A stretch of DNA of 64,000 nt from Bdellovibrionales bacterium (GTDB lineage Bacteria > Bdellovibrionota > Bdellovibrionia > Bdellovibrionales > JAGQZY01): contig CAXRHT010000001.1 in the NCBI GenBank assembly GCA_964230645.1, forward strand, positions 70,943-134,942, written 5' to 3'. This document shows positions 46,881-56,297 of this stretch, one piece after another. The notes under the pieces were generated by a model that was not told the DNA's origin, ran no database searches, and worked only from the letters and a program-made list of their open reading frames with translations. The position numbers and the translations under genes were made by a program. Every line of letters begins with the position of its first letter. Position 1 is the stretch's first letter.

Positions 46881-48182
46881 TTAGTTTTCGTTTTCCAGTA
46901 CCATAGCACCCCCTTGACCTCCACCAATACAAAGCGTGGCTAATCCAAACTGGGAGTTTCTTCTATTCATTTCTTTCATCAATGTTAAAACCAAACGTGT
47001 TCCTGTGGCTCCCACAGGATGCCCAAGAGCGATGGCTCCTCCATTGACATTAACTTTATCAAAATCCAATTCACCCACAGCCTCAGAAAGGCCGAGTTTT
47101 TCCTGGGCAAACTTCTTTGATTCAAAAGCTTTTCCACAGGCAATCACTTGAGCCGCGAAAGCTTCATTAAGCTCTATAAGATCCATATCTTTAAGACTTA
47201 ATCCCGCTCTTTTTAACGCAATGGGAGTTGAGTAAACGGGTCCAAGTCCCATTCTCTCAGGCTCAAGACCGGCAAAAGCATAACTGCGAATGCGAGCCAA
47301 AGGTTTTAAACCTTTCTCCTCGGCTTTCTTACGACTCATAAGTAAAACCATGGCCGCACCATCAGTGAGTGGGCAGGCATTACCAACAGTGATCGTCCCT
47401 GTCCTGCGATCAAAATAAGGACGCAATTTTTGAAGTGCTTCCATACTTTGTCCGTCGCGAGGCCCGATATCTTCTTCGATCACTTTTTTATAATTGGGAC
47501 CGATATAAACAGGTGTCATTTCTTCTTTAAGACGACCGGCTTTGGTTGCATCCACGGCCTTATGATGGGATTTCATAGCGAATTCGTCTTGTTCCTCACG
47601 ACTGATATGAAATTCTTTCGCAAGAATCTCCGCTGTTTGCCCCATATTGATTCCAACAAAGGGATCTTTCAGAGCCTCGACAATAGAAACACGAGGGGTC
47701 AGATAATTAAGTTTTAATTTTTTAAGAGCTGAGATTTTTTTACCCGTGGTTTTGGCCATCATAAATTCCCCGAAAATATCGGCAAACTTTTGATTAAATA
47801 ACAACGGAGCCTGAGACATATTCTCTGTTCCACCAGCAAGGACGGTGTCCGCAACACCCGCTTTGATTTTATCAAAGCCACTACTGATGCTCTCAAGGGC
47901 TGAGGCACAATTCCTGTGAACCGTGTGAGCCGAAGTCCTTTGAGGAATCCCCGCACGCAATGCAACAACACGGCCGATGTTAACAGCATCAGAAGGATTA
48001 CCCACACAACCCACAATCACCTCATCGACTTCTTCGCCATCAAGGTTGGTCTGCGCCATAAGCTCCTGCAGAGCAAATTGCCCAAGTTCAGCCGCATGCA
48101 CTTTTTTAAATTGTGTCCCGGCTTTAGCAAAGGGTGTCCTCACACCTTCCACAATCACCACATCATTGGGGCTTTTCTCCAT
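46881..48182 (-). CDS. fadI: Acetyl-CoA C-acyltransferase (3-ketoacyl-CoA thiolase)
   Basis: 433 aa. NCASALES active-site Cys context, NVNGGAIALGHPVGATG, and the C-terminal CIGGGQG. Confidence 0.92.
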   Translation of the reverse strand: MEKSPNDVVIVEGVRTPFAKAGTQFKKVHAAELGQFALQELMAQTNLDGEEVDEVIVGCVGNPSDAVNIGRVVALRAGIPQRTSAHTVHRNCASALESISSGFDKIKAGVADTVLAGGTENMSQAPLLFNQKFADIFGEFMMAKTTGKKISALKKLKLNYLTPRVSIVEALKDPFVGINMGQTAEILAKEFHISREEQDEFAMKSHHKAVDATKAGRLKEEMTPVYIGPNYKKVIEEDIGPRDGQSMEALQKLRPYFDRRTGTITVGNACPLTDGAAMVLLMSRKKAEEKGLKPLARIRSYAFAGLEPERMGLGPVYSTPIALKRAGLSLKDMDLIELNEAFAAQVIACGKAFESKKFAQEKLGLSEAVGELDFDKVNVNGGAIALGHPVGATGTRLVLTLMKEMNRRNSQFGLATLCIGGGQGGAMVLENEN

Positions 48183-48254
48183 GTTTTAAATCCTCCTACA
48201 AACGACTTGCGATCATGCCATTTTTTCCCACCCCTGTCGCCCCATAACAAGCCG

Positions 48255-48271
48255 AGCATTGATGCAATGCT
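48255..48271. promoter_or_regulatory. Candidate operator palindrome upstream of the thiolase operon
   Basis: AGCATTG-ATG-CAATGCT (7-3-7 perfect dyad) lies 73-89 nt upstream of the fadI-like start codon. Confidence 0.25.
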
Positions 48272-48311
48272 TATTAACAAAAACGCCCAAACAACAAGCA
48301 CCTTAAAACAA

Positions 48312-48495
48312 TTTTTCACACAGTCCCGTTCTTTGAATTTCGATTCTTGGCATTTGATGAAAGCTCGAGCCGCGAGCGCTGCGTATCTCGTAGAGCGGCA
48401 CGAAGTGACGCCCTACGGGAGACGAAGTGCACCCGCCGGCATGCTTTCAGCAAATGCCAAGAATCGAAATTCAAAGAACGGGACTGTGTGAAAAA
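48312..48495. repeat. 184-bp inverted-repeat element (45-bp perfect, 53-bp near-perfect arms; GC-rich 78-nt core)
   Basis: 48312-48356 TTTTTCACACAGTCCCGTTCTTTGAATTTCGATTCTTGGCATTTG is the exact reverse complement of 48451-48495. Pairing extends to 48364/48443 with one mismatch. The core contains an inner TCTCGTAG/CTACGGGAGA stem and a CGAAGTG(A)C direct repeat. Confidence 0.85.
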
Positions 48496-48569
48496 CCCCA
48501 CACCGATTTAGGCCATCGACACGCCTGTGGCCCTGTAGTAAAACGAAGCTTCTAACTGACGAGGCAAAT

Positions 48570-50864
48570 ATGGATATCGACAAACCAGCACTGGATTATC
48601 ATTCTTCTGAACCGGCAGGAAAAGTGAGTGTCTCCTCACCCAAACCCTGTGGCACCGAATACGAACTCTCTTTGGCTTATTCCCCCGGAGTGGCCGCCCC
48701 CTGTAAGGAAATCGCTAAAGATTCCAAAAAAATCTACGATTACACTTCCAAGGGAAATCTTGTGGCCGTAATTAGTAACGGTACAGCTGTTTTGGGACTT
48801 GGGAATATTGGCCCTGAGGCTTCAAAGCCGGTGATGGAAGGAAAGGGAAACCTTTTTAAAATGTTCGCTGGGATCGACGTTTTTGATATCGAACTCAACG
48901 CGACGGATGTCGATAGTTTTTGTAACACCGTTAAAGCTTTGGAGCCCACTTTTGGGGGTATTAATCTTGAGGATATCAAGGCTCCTGAATGTTTTGAAAT
49001 TGAAAGACGTTTAAAAAAGGAAATGAATATTCCGGTCTTTCATGATGACCAACATGGAACGGCGATAATCTCTGCGGCCGCTCTTATTAACGCCGCCGAT
49101 ATCACCAAAAGAAAACTAAGTAAAATCAAAATGGTTATTAACGGTGCCGGTGCTGCTGCTGTGGCTTGTGGAAGATTATTTGTTTCTCTAGGAGTTAAAC
49201 AACAGAACATCATTATGTGTGATTCAAGAGGTGTCATCTACAAAGGTCGTAAAGATGGAATGAATCCTTTTAAAGAGGAATTCGCTATTGATACTAAAAA
49301 AAGAACACTGGCTGATGCCGTAAAAGGTTCTGATTGTTTTGTGGGCCTGAGTGTGGCCGGTGCCATGAGTGTGGATATGCTCATGTCCATGAATAAAAAG
49401 CCCATTGTCTTTGCCATGGCCAATCCCGATCCAGAGATTGATCCAAAGGTAGCCAAGAAAAATAGACCGGATGTAATCATGGCCACTGGCCGCAGTGATT
49501 ATCCCAATCAAGTCAATAATGTTCTAGGATTTCCTTCGATTTTTAGAGGTGCTCTGGACGCTAGAGCCAGCAGCATTAATGAGGAAATGAAGTTAGCGGC
49601 TGTCAAAGCCTTAGCCGACCTGGCCCGTGAAGGTGTCCCTGAAAAAGTTTCGGAAGCTTATGGTGGACAAAGCTTTACTTATGGACCCGAGTACATCATC
49701 CCTAAACCTTTCGATCCTCGAGTCATTATGAAAGTCGCACCGGCGGTGGCCAAAGCCGCAAAAGACTCCGGGGTCGCTCTAAAGCCGATTAAAAATAAGA
49801 AAGCTTATGTTGAGAAACTAGAAGCCCTGCAAGGAAACAAGGTCAGTTTTATTAGAACTTGTATCAATCGGGTTAAGGGCGGAATTAGAAAATCTAAACA
49901 TAAACCCCGTATCATTTTCCCTGAGGGTAACACCAATAAGATTTTAAAGGCTGTCAGTCTCGCCGTTGATGAACAAATCATTGAGCCTATTTTACTGGGA
50001 AGAAAAGAGCATATCGTTCGCACGATCGAAGAGCTAGGTCTGGATAATTTAAAGAAAGTGGATATCATCGAACCCCGTCTTTCTCCTCACTATGAACGCT
50101 ACAGTGAAGAGCTCTACCAGATGAAACAAAGGCGGGGGATTATGAAAAAAGAAGCCCATCGCCTGATGTACGATCCGAACTACTACGCTGCAATGGCCGT
50201 CCATTTGGACGATGCTGACGGAATGATAAGTGGTGCAACCATTAAGTACAAAGAAGCGGTGGTTCCCATTTTGAAAATCATTGGCTCTGGAAATCGTCGA
50301 ACTGCATCCGGTATGAACATCGTTTTATGTCAGGATAAAATGTACTTCTTTACTGATACATCGGTGAACGTTAATCCTGATGCTCAGCAGGTGGCCAATA
50401 TAGCTATTCACACCTCCAAGGTGGCCGAGTATTTTGATATGAAACCTAAAATAGCCATGCTCAGTTACACCAACTTTACCTCTAGGGATGAAAACCCCAA
50501 GAAAATGAGGCAGGCCGCTGACATCGTTAAACAATACAATCCAGAATTTGTCGTGGACGGAGAGATGCAAGCGGACTCCGCTGTTAACCCTGAAATTATC
50601 AACCGAATCTTTCCTTTCTGCGAAATCAAGGATGGGGCGAACATTTTAGTTTTTCCTAATTTGGATTCCGGTAACATCGCCTACAAACTCGTCCAGCAGC
50701 TCGGCGAAGGCGAAGTGATCGGCCCATTCCTCATGGGTGTTAAAAAACCAGCCCACGTCGTTCAAAGAACCTCTGTGGTGGATGATATTTTTAACAGTGT
50801 GGTTCTCACCTGCCTTCACTTTCAAGCCCTTCCTGAACTCAACGAAGCGGCAACGGAGAACTAG
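48570..50864 (+). CDS. maeB: NADP-dependent malic enzyme with C-terminal phosphotransacetylase-like domain
   Basis: 764 aa. Contains [24 protein letters not shown] and FHDDQHGTA. The C-terminal ~330 aa are PTA-like. Confidence 0.92.
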   Translation: MDIDKPALDYHSSEPAGKVSVSSPKPCGTEYELSLAYSPGVAAPCKEIAKDSKKIYDYTSKGNLVAVISNGTAVLGLGNIGPEASKPVMEGKGNLFKMFAGIDVFDIELNATDVDSFCNTVKALEPTFGGINLEDIKAPECFEIERRLKKEMNIPVFHDDQHGTAIISAAALINAADITKRKLSKIKMVINGAGAAAVACGRLFVSLGVKQQNIIMCDSRGVIYKGRKDGMNPFKEEFAIDTKKRTLADAVKGSDCFVGLSVAGAMSVDMLMSMNKKPIVFAMANPDPEIDPKVAKKNRPDVIMATGRSDYPNQVNNVLGFPSIFRGALDARASSINEEMKLAAVKALADLAREGVPEKVSEAYGGQSFTYGPEYIIPKPFDPRVIMKVAPAVAKAAKDSGVALKPIKNKKAYVEKLEALQGNKVSFIRTCINRVKGGIRKSKHKPRIIFPEGNTNKILKAVSLAVDEQIIEPILLGRKEHIVRTIEELGLDNLKKVDIIEPRLSPHYERYSEELYQMKQRRGIMKKEAHRLMYDPNYYAAMAVHLDDADGMISGATIKYKEAVVPILKIIGSGNRRTASGMNIVLCQDKMYFFTDTSVNVNPDAQQVANIAIHTSKVAEYFDMKPKIAMLSYTNFTSRDENPKKMRQAADIVKQYNPEFVVDGEMQADSAVNPEIINRIFPFCEIKDGANILVFPNLDSGNIAYKLVQQLGEGEVIGPFLMGVKKPAHVVQRTSVVDDIFNSVVLTCLHFQALPELNEAATEN

Positions 50865-50911
50865 CCATTAAAAACCAACAAGAACAACGCCCCAAAGCCA
50901 TCGTCCTTGGG

Positions 50912-52141
50912 GTGGGCTTAAAAAACGAAGGCATTGTTGAGGTCAAATCAAGCCTTAACGAGATGGAGGAGCTAGCAACCACGGCCGGTTGGGAAGTGGT
51001 GGGTAGCATCACTCAACTTCTCAACAAGTGGACCCCTTCAACCCTTATTGGCTCGGGTAAAGTCGAAGAGATTGGGCATATCGCCCAGGAATGTGGAGCC
51101 GAGTTTATAATTATCGATCATCACCTCACAGGTGTTCAGTCAAGAAACCTGGAGAGCCACTGGGAACCCGCCCGAGTTCTTGATCGCTCCCAAATTATTA
51201 TTGAGATCTTTGCGCAAAGAGCCCGGTCTTATGAAGGAAAACTACAGGTCGAATTGGCTCAACTCCTTGATCAACTCCCCCGACAGGTCGGAGCTTGGCT
51301 TGGCTCTTTATCAAGACAAGGGGCTGGAATTGGTACTCGTGGAGCTGGAGAGAAGGCCATTGAGGTCGACCGTCGACAAATTCGCAAGCGCGTGGATATT
51401 ATTAAAAAGAAGCTTAAAGATGTGCAAAAAAATCGAAAGCAGCACAGAAGTTCTCGGCAGAAAAACCAGGTTCCAAGTTTTGCTCTGATTGGCTACACCA
51501 ACGCTGGAAAAAGCTCTCTCATGAATGCCCTCACTCAGTCTGAGGTCTACGCTCAAGACCAACTTTTTGCCACTCTTGATCCTACCACTAGAAAAGTATT
51601 TTTGGATGAAGGGACTCATGCGGTTATGACGGACACTGTGGGCTTTATAAATAAACTGCCCCACAATTTGATCGAGGCTTTTAAAGCGACCCTTGAAGAA
51701 TCGGCCACCTCAGACATACTTCTTCACGTTATTGATTTATCCAATCCCCAAATGGAGAAACAAATAGACGTCGTCGATAATCTTATCCAAGAATTCGGCT
51801 GGGACAACAAACCTCTCATCCATGTTTTCAACAAAACCGATGTGGCCCCCATTCAAAACCGCTTTCGAGTCAAACAATCCCCTCGCGTGATGGTGAGTGC
51901 AGAAACCGGTGAAGGGCTTGAGGATTTAAAAACCATGATGCTTGAGACACTCAATAAGCTCACCGTGTCGGTGGAGTTCTTTTTTCCTCTTGAAAAAAAG
52001 CACCTTATCTACGAACTACAAAGAGACGCCACCTCTCTTTATAAAGAAGAAAGTAAAGTGGGATACATCTGTAAAGCGCATATGATTCCTGGCCTCGTCA
52101 ATAAATGGCAAGATTATCTAGTTAAAAACCAGGGAAAATAA
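50912..52141 (+). CDS. hflX: GTPase HflX
   Basis: 409 aa from the GTG. HflX N-domain, G1 GYTNAGKSS, DTVGF and NKTD. Homology-like sequence (KAIVLGV) continues upstream of the first canonical start, so the start is uncertain. Confidence 0.88.
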   Translation: MGLKNEGIVEVKSSLNEMEELATTAGWEVVGSITQLLNKWTPSTLIGSGKVEEIGHIAQECGAEFIIIDHHLTGVQSRNLESHWEPARVLDRSQIIIEIFAQRARSYEGKLQVELAQLLDQLPRQVGAWLGSLSRQGAGIGTRGAGEKAIEVDRRQIRKRVDIIKKKLKDVQKNRKQHRSSRQKNQVPSFALIGYTNAGKSSLMNALTQSEVYAQDQLFATLDPTTRKVFLDEGTHAVMTDTVGFINKLPHNLIEAFKATLEESATSDILLHVIDLSNPQMEKQIDVVDNLIQEFGWDNKPLIHVFNKTDVAPIQNRFRVKQSPRVMVSAETGEGLEDLKTMMLETLNKLTVSVEFFFPLEKKHLIYELQRDATSLYKEESKVGYICKAHMIPGLVNKWQDYLVKNQGK

Positions 52142-52296
52142 AAGCAGAGATGTCCTTTTTCATCTTCAATTCTGTTAAAATTAAGGCCCACCCTGCTTTT
52201 TAGGTAATAATTGTTTAATTTCTTACAAGATTCTCTCAGCTCTCCTTATCTGTGGTATGACGTCGATGCGAGTAAATCCTATGGGAGGGAATCACT

Positions 52297-52587
52297 ATGA
52301 AAAATATAGTCTTAATGACTCTAGCTTGTTTGCTTCCAATTTTTGCTCTTGCCCTTCTACCCAATGAAAAACAAAGCCTAAAACTTGAAGAAATGCTCAC
52401 TAAAACCGTAGAAAAGCAGTCCGGCACACTCGACCGCCTTGAATGTGGCTCTTACTACGATGGGATCTCCTGCCTGGCTCAAATCACTTACCAACACAGC
52501 GGCGAGAGTCTGATTTGCGAAAACAACTATGTCTACCGTGGGGGCGAGAAATTTTGGCTCATCGACTCTCAGTGCCAGCCTGAATAG
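52297..52587 (+). CDS. Small secreted Cys-containing protein
   Basis: 96 aa. RBS GGGAGGGA. Signal peptide ...IFALALLP. 5 Cys in the mature part. Confidence 0.45.
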   Translation: MKNIVLMTLACLLPIFALALLPNEKQSLKLEEMLTKTVEKQSGTLDRLECGSYYDGISCLAQITYQHSGESLICENNYVYRGGEKFWLIDSQCQPE

Positions 52588-52772
52588 GCAATTTAGGCTT
52601 TTTTTAGCCGTTCAGACCCGTTTAAAGGCCTTCAGGCCCCTTGCCAGGGCAATCCGACCATTCAGTTGAAAGGCCATAGATTCCATCTCAGAGCTGTGGA
52701 ACTATGAATGTGTGAAGTTGTTAAAGAGAAAACGACTTCGACTAGAACAAACCCCAATGCCTTTATCCCTTC

Positions 52773-52796
52773 GAGGGTCACCCCTAGGTGACCCTC
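52773..52796. promoter_or_regulatory. Perfect 10-4-10 palindrome upstream of the sensor kinase gene
   Basis: GAGGGTCACC-CCTA-GGTGACCCTC lies 33 nt upstream of the GTG start at 52829. A further GGTGAC half-site lies 11 nt downstream. Confidence 0.3.
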
Positions 52797-52828
52797 ACCC
52801 TTTTAAAGGTGACGACTAAGGAGAATAC

Positions 52829-54385
52829 GTGAGCCTACCCCACTCAATTGAAAATCAAAATTTCAACAAAGTGGATAGCCTCTTTCGAAAAGTCATCGCT
52901 GCTTTTGAAGGTGGTGATGCCCCCTTCTTTTCCCTTTCGCTCTCTACATTTCTTGTGAGTTTTACATTTTTACTAACTCTTCACACCTCTTTAAGCTCTT
53001 TTGCTATCAGCACTCTGACGGTTTTGACCTGGACAAGCTCTGTGGCTCTGATCTATTTATCAACGAAATTGGGCTTACATTTCCTCCTTGGCTCCAGAGT
53101 GTTCTACGAGCAGTCAAAACGCTTCCTCTTCATATTTCTTAGTATTTTCGTGGCATTCCTGCTAACGCAACTTATGGTTCAAAATTACGTCTACGAGCCG
53201 ATATTAAAATACACAAGTCCACTTTCAAGAGGAGACTACTTCCACTTCTTTTCGCCTCTTCTTATTTACTCCTTGATCCTAGCTGCTATACTCTATCGCA
53301 TGAAAAATGTGAGCTCCGACCAAGAAGATGTCAAAAAATCCGACGCGACTTTCAGTCGCTTTTTTGACGATGAGAAAACCGAAAAAGTCACTCTGATTTC
53401 AACCGCCTTGATTCTGGGCCCTGGGATGGTTTTTCTCTTACATCAAAACCCCTATTGGCCGGCGACTCTACAAAGTCAGCTGACTATTGTTGTTTATCTG
53501 TCCACACTTTTTCTCTTTTTTAATCTCTATGAGCTTGGGGTGACCCAGGTCGCAACACTAGTGATGGGCCGTAAACCGGCTCCCAATTTTTTGCTCGAAT
53601 ACTGCAAATTTTTTCTTACATTTATTTCAACCTCATTTATGATGTACGCTTTGGTGTACATTCCTATTTTTCACTACAATCCGAATTTATCAGTGGGCAT
53701 GTTTATTACCCCGCCTGCGATCTATTCGTTTTTAGCCGCGGCCATCTTTCATCGCTTCAAACAAATGAAAGATATCGCGTTAAAATCAAAGGTGGCCCAG
53801 GCTGAGGCGCAATACTCCTTACTTGAAAGCCAAATGCAGCCTCACTTTTTATTTAATTCGCTCAATGTTTTATCTGAGCTGATTTATGTGGACCCCGATC
53901 TCGCTAACTCAATGGCTCAGAAGATGGCTGATCTTTATCGAGAGATTCTCAATAACTCCAAGAACAACTTCTCCAACCTTGAGTCCGAAATTTCTATTCT
54001 TAAAAAATACGTGGAGATTCAGAAAATACGCTTTGGAGATCGCATCGACTTTTCAGTAGACGTCTCACCGGCTTTTTACAATTTACAAATTCCAAGCCTG
54101 ATGCTGCAGACCCTGGTTGAAAATGCGATCAAACACGGCATCTCTCCTAAGCAAGAAGGTGGCGAGATTAGTCTTTCGGTCACAAAACAAGGCAATATGT
54201 TTGAAGTTTGTATTTCTAATACGGGCAACCTTTATAAGGGACACCAGGATTCCAAGCGCAGCACAGGGTTGCAAAACACCAAAAATCGTTTGGAACTTGC
54301 TTACGGTAGTAAAAACTCCTTTCAAATTTATTCTGATAATAAAAGAACCTATGTTAAATTTTTCATTACAGGGAGGACCCCATGA
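52829..54385 (+). CDS. LytS/YehU-family sensor histidine kinase with polytopic N-terminal sensor domain
   Basis: 518 aa. About 8 TM segments. His_kinase block QMQPHFLFNSLNVL and ATPase block LQTLVENAIKHG. 4-nt overlap with the response regulator gene. Confidence 0.8.
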   Translation: MSLPHSIENQNFNKVDSLFRKVIAAFEGGDAPFFSLSLSTFLVSFTFLLTLHTSLSSFAISTLTVLTWTSSVALIYLSTKLGLHFLLGSRVFYEQSKRFLFIFLSIFVAFLLTQLMVQNYVYEPILKYTSPLSRGDYFHFFSPLLIYSLILAAILYRMKNVSSDQEDVKKSDATFSRFFDDEKTEKVTLISTALILGPGMVFLLHQNPYWPATLQSQLTIVVYLSTLFLFFNLYELGVTQVATLVMGRKPAPNFLLEYCKFFLTFISTSFMMYALVYIPIFHYNPNLSVGMFITPPAIYSFLAAAIFHRFKQMKDIALKSKVAQAEAQYSLLESQMQPHFLFNSLNVLSELIYVDPDLANSMAQKMADLYREILNNSKNNFSNLESEISILKKYVEIQKIRFGDRIDFSVDVSPAFYNLQIPSLMLQTLVENAIKHGISPKQEGGEISLSVTKQGNMFEVCISNTGNLYKGHQDSKRSTGLQNTKNRLELAYGSKNSFQIYSDNKRTYVKFFITGRTP

Positions 54386-55116
54386 CAAAAATTTTAGTGG
54401 TCGACGACGAGCTTCTTAGCCGCAAAAAAATAAGACGCTTTATCGAACAACGTCCTGAAACATTCGATGTTTTAGAGGCTAGCAATGGTATCGAAGCTCT
54501 CAACCTGATCGAAACCGAAAATCCAGACATTGTGTTTCTTGATATCGAGATGCCAGAGATGAACGGTATGGATCTGGTTCAAACTATTGGCACCCCCCAT
54601 TTTAAATTAATTTTCCAGACCGCATACTCAGAATTCGCTGTCGAGGCTTTTGAGAAAAATGCCCTTGATTATATTTTAAAACCCTTCAACCAAGAGCGCT
54701 TCAACCAGGCCCTCGACAAGGGGTTGCAAGGCACAACAGATTCAAAGCAACTCACGGGCCTGACTGACCAACTCAAACAAGACGAGGTCTACCTCACCAA
54801 AGTTGTGGTAAAAAGAGGAATGAAAAACACTCTTATTCCTGTTGAGGAAATTCTTTGGTTCAAAAGTGAAAATCATTACACCTATGTTTGCACCAAGGAT
54901 TTTGAATACATTTATAGCGAACCTTTAAAGGATCTTATCGATAAACTGAACCCCAATCAGTTTATGCAAGTCCACCGCAATGCGATTGTGAATTCACAGT
55001 ACATCAAGGACATTATCCAAGGGGACAATATGAAACTTGTCCTCGATAATGGTGCTGAGGTACAGGTATCACGATCGAACAAAAAGGTTATCAAAGAACG
55101 TATCCTACAACACTAG
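54382..55116 (+). CDS. LytR/AlgR-family response regulator (REC + LytTR DNA-binding domain)
   Basis: 244 aa. ILVVDDE...DIVFLDIEMPEMNG receiver domain. C-terminal LytTR-like region (FMQVHRNAIVN). Confidence 0.88.
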   Translation: MTKILVVDDELLSRKKIRRFIEQRPETFDVLEASNGIEALNLIETENPDIVFLDIEMPEMNGMDLVQTIGTPHFKLIFQTAYSEFAVEAFEKNALDYILKPFNQERFNQALDKGLQGTTDSKQLTGLTDQLKQDEVYLTKVVVKRGMKNTLIPVEEILWFKSENHYTYVCTKDFEYIYSEPLKDLIDKLNPNQFMQVHRNAIVNSQYIKDIIQGDNMKLVLDNGAEVQVSRSNKKVIKERILQH

Positions 55117-55127
55117 GATCCCTATCA

Positions 55128-56297
55128 TTATATTCGCGGAGGACTCTCTCGGTCCTCTGCTTCGATAAATTGTTTGCGATACTCACTGGGAGTTTTACCC
55201 ACCATCTTTTTAAACCTAGCATTAAAAGAGGACTTGGAGTTGAATCCTGAAGACTGGGCAATCTCTAAAATCGTTTTGTTTTTGTCAGGATCCTGCCGCA
55301 ATTGCCTTTTGGCCTCCCTGACTCGGTATTCTAAAACAAATTGATTGAAGTTTTTATCAAGCGAGAAACGAATCACTTGCGAAGCTAGATAGGCGGGAAT
55401 CTTTAGAGTCTTGGCAAGATCATCAATACGAAGGTTAGGATTCAAATATAATTTTTTCTCACTCATAATCGATTCTAATTTTTGTCCTAGGATCATAAGC
55501 TTTTCTTCTTGTAAATCGGTATTGTTGAAGGACTCCGCTTTTCTTTTCTCCTGGACTTCTTCTGTGGATTCTTGACTCATTTGCAAAGCTTCTCTTGAAG
55601 CCAAGGTACACATCCGCAGGGCCTCAAAAATATTGGCTAGAAATAAAATGGGAATGTAGCACTCCACTGTGAAGGCTAAAATTAAGTACTCCATTGCCAT
55701 CGTGATCAAATTAAAACTTAAACCAAAAATTAGAAAAATATCTTTTGAAGACTTTCGAAGCCGATTGAGAATGTAAAGACTTGTTAATCCATTGATGAGC
55801 GCAAAAATACTCAAAAAGGACATCACTAATTTTTGTGGCTTTCCAAGCCTTGCGCCATAAGCATCGAGAAAATACCGCCCCGTAATATTTAGATCATCAG
55901 GGTCAAAATAGAGATGCTTATCAAAAACCAGGTAGGAAACAGCAGGGATCAACGCAAGGAGAGCTAAAGAAAGCATACTGCCTAGGTAAAACTTTTTTAA
56001 TAGGCGGGGGATAACAATAAAAAAGCTTAAAGATTTCAAATAGAAGTAGTGGCAAAGAAACAAAACAAACTGTAAACCCACCACAAAAAAGCGGGTCAAA
56101 TCTACTGAAAACTGCTCAGAATAAACGATGGTCACATTGACAGTAAAAATACTACTGAGAAAACAGAAATAGGCTAAGTTCTTCGACCTCTTAAACCCAT
56201 GCTGTAAATAAATTTTGAGTTGACCGGCACTCAGTACTACAAGAATGAGAAAGCAAAAAAAACTCAGCCCCGGATAAATCACTTCAACAAATTTCAT
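55128..56297 (-). CDS. Membrane-embedded AraC-family regulator, paralog 1 (about 7 TM + HTH_AraC)
   Basis: N-terminal ~230 aa are polytopic. A linker is followed by a C-terminal AraC HTH (SGFNSKSSFNARFKKMVGKTPSEYR). I place the start at ATG 56297, which gives MKFVEVIYPGLSFF aligned with paralog 3 and an ATGA overlap with the paralog 2 stop. The track start is 56303. Confidence 0.8.
   Translation of the reverse strand: MKFVEVIYPGLSFFCFLILVVLSAGQLKIYLQHGFKRSKNLAYFCFLSSIFTVNVTIVYSEQFSVDLTRFFVVGLQFVLFLCHYFYLKSLSFFIVIPRLLKKFYLGSMLSLALLALIPAVSYLVFDKHLYFDPDDLNITGRYFLDAYGARLGKPQKLVMSFLSIFALINGLTSLYILNRLRKSSKDIFLIFGLSFNLITMAMEYLILAFTVECYIPILFLANIFEALRMCTLASREALQMSQESTEEVQEKRKAESFNNTDLQEEKLMILGQKLESIMSEKKLYLNPNLRIDDLAKTLKIPAYLASQVIRFSLDKNFNQFVLEYRVREAKRQLRQDPDKNKTILEIAQSSGFNSKSSFNARFKKMVGKTPSEYRKQFIEAEDRESPPRI

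Noticed and set aside
47916-48501. Mirror-image ORFs 47916..48491 (+) and 48316..48501 (-), both ending ...NAKNRNSKNGTV
   Set aside because: The identical C-termini arise because both read the same 45 bp perfect inverted repeat. The plus ORF is also antisense to the thiolase gene. I treat them as artefacts of the palindrome, not genes.
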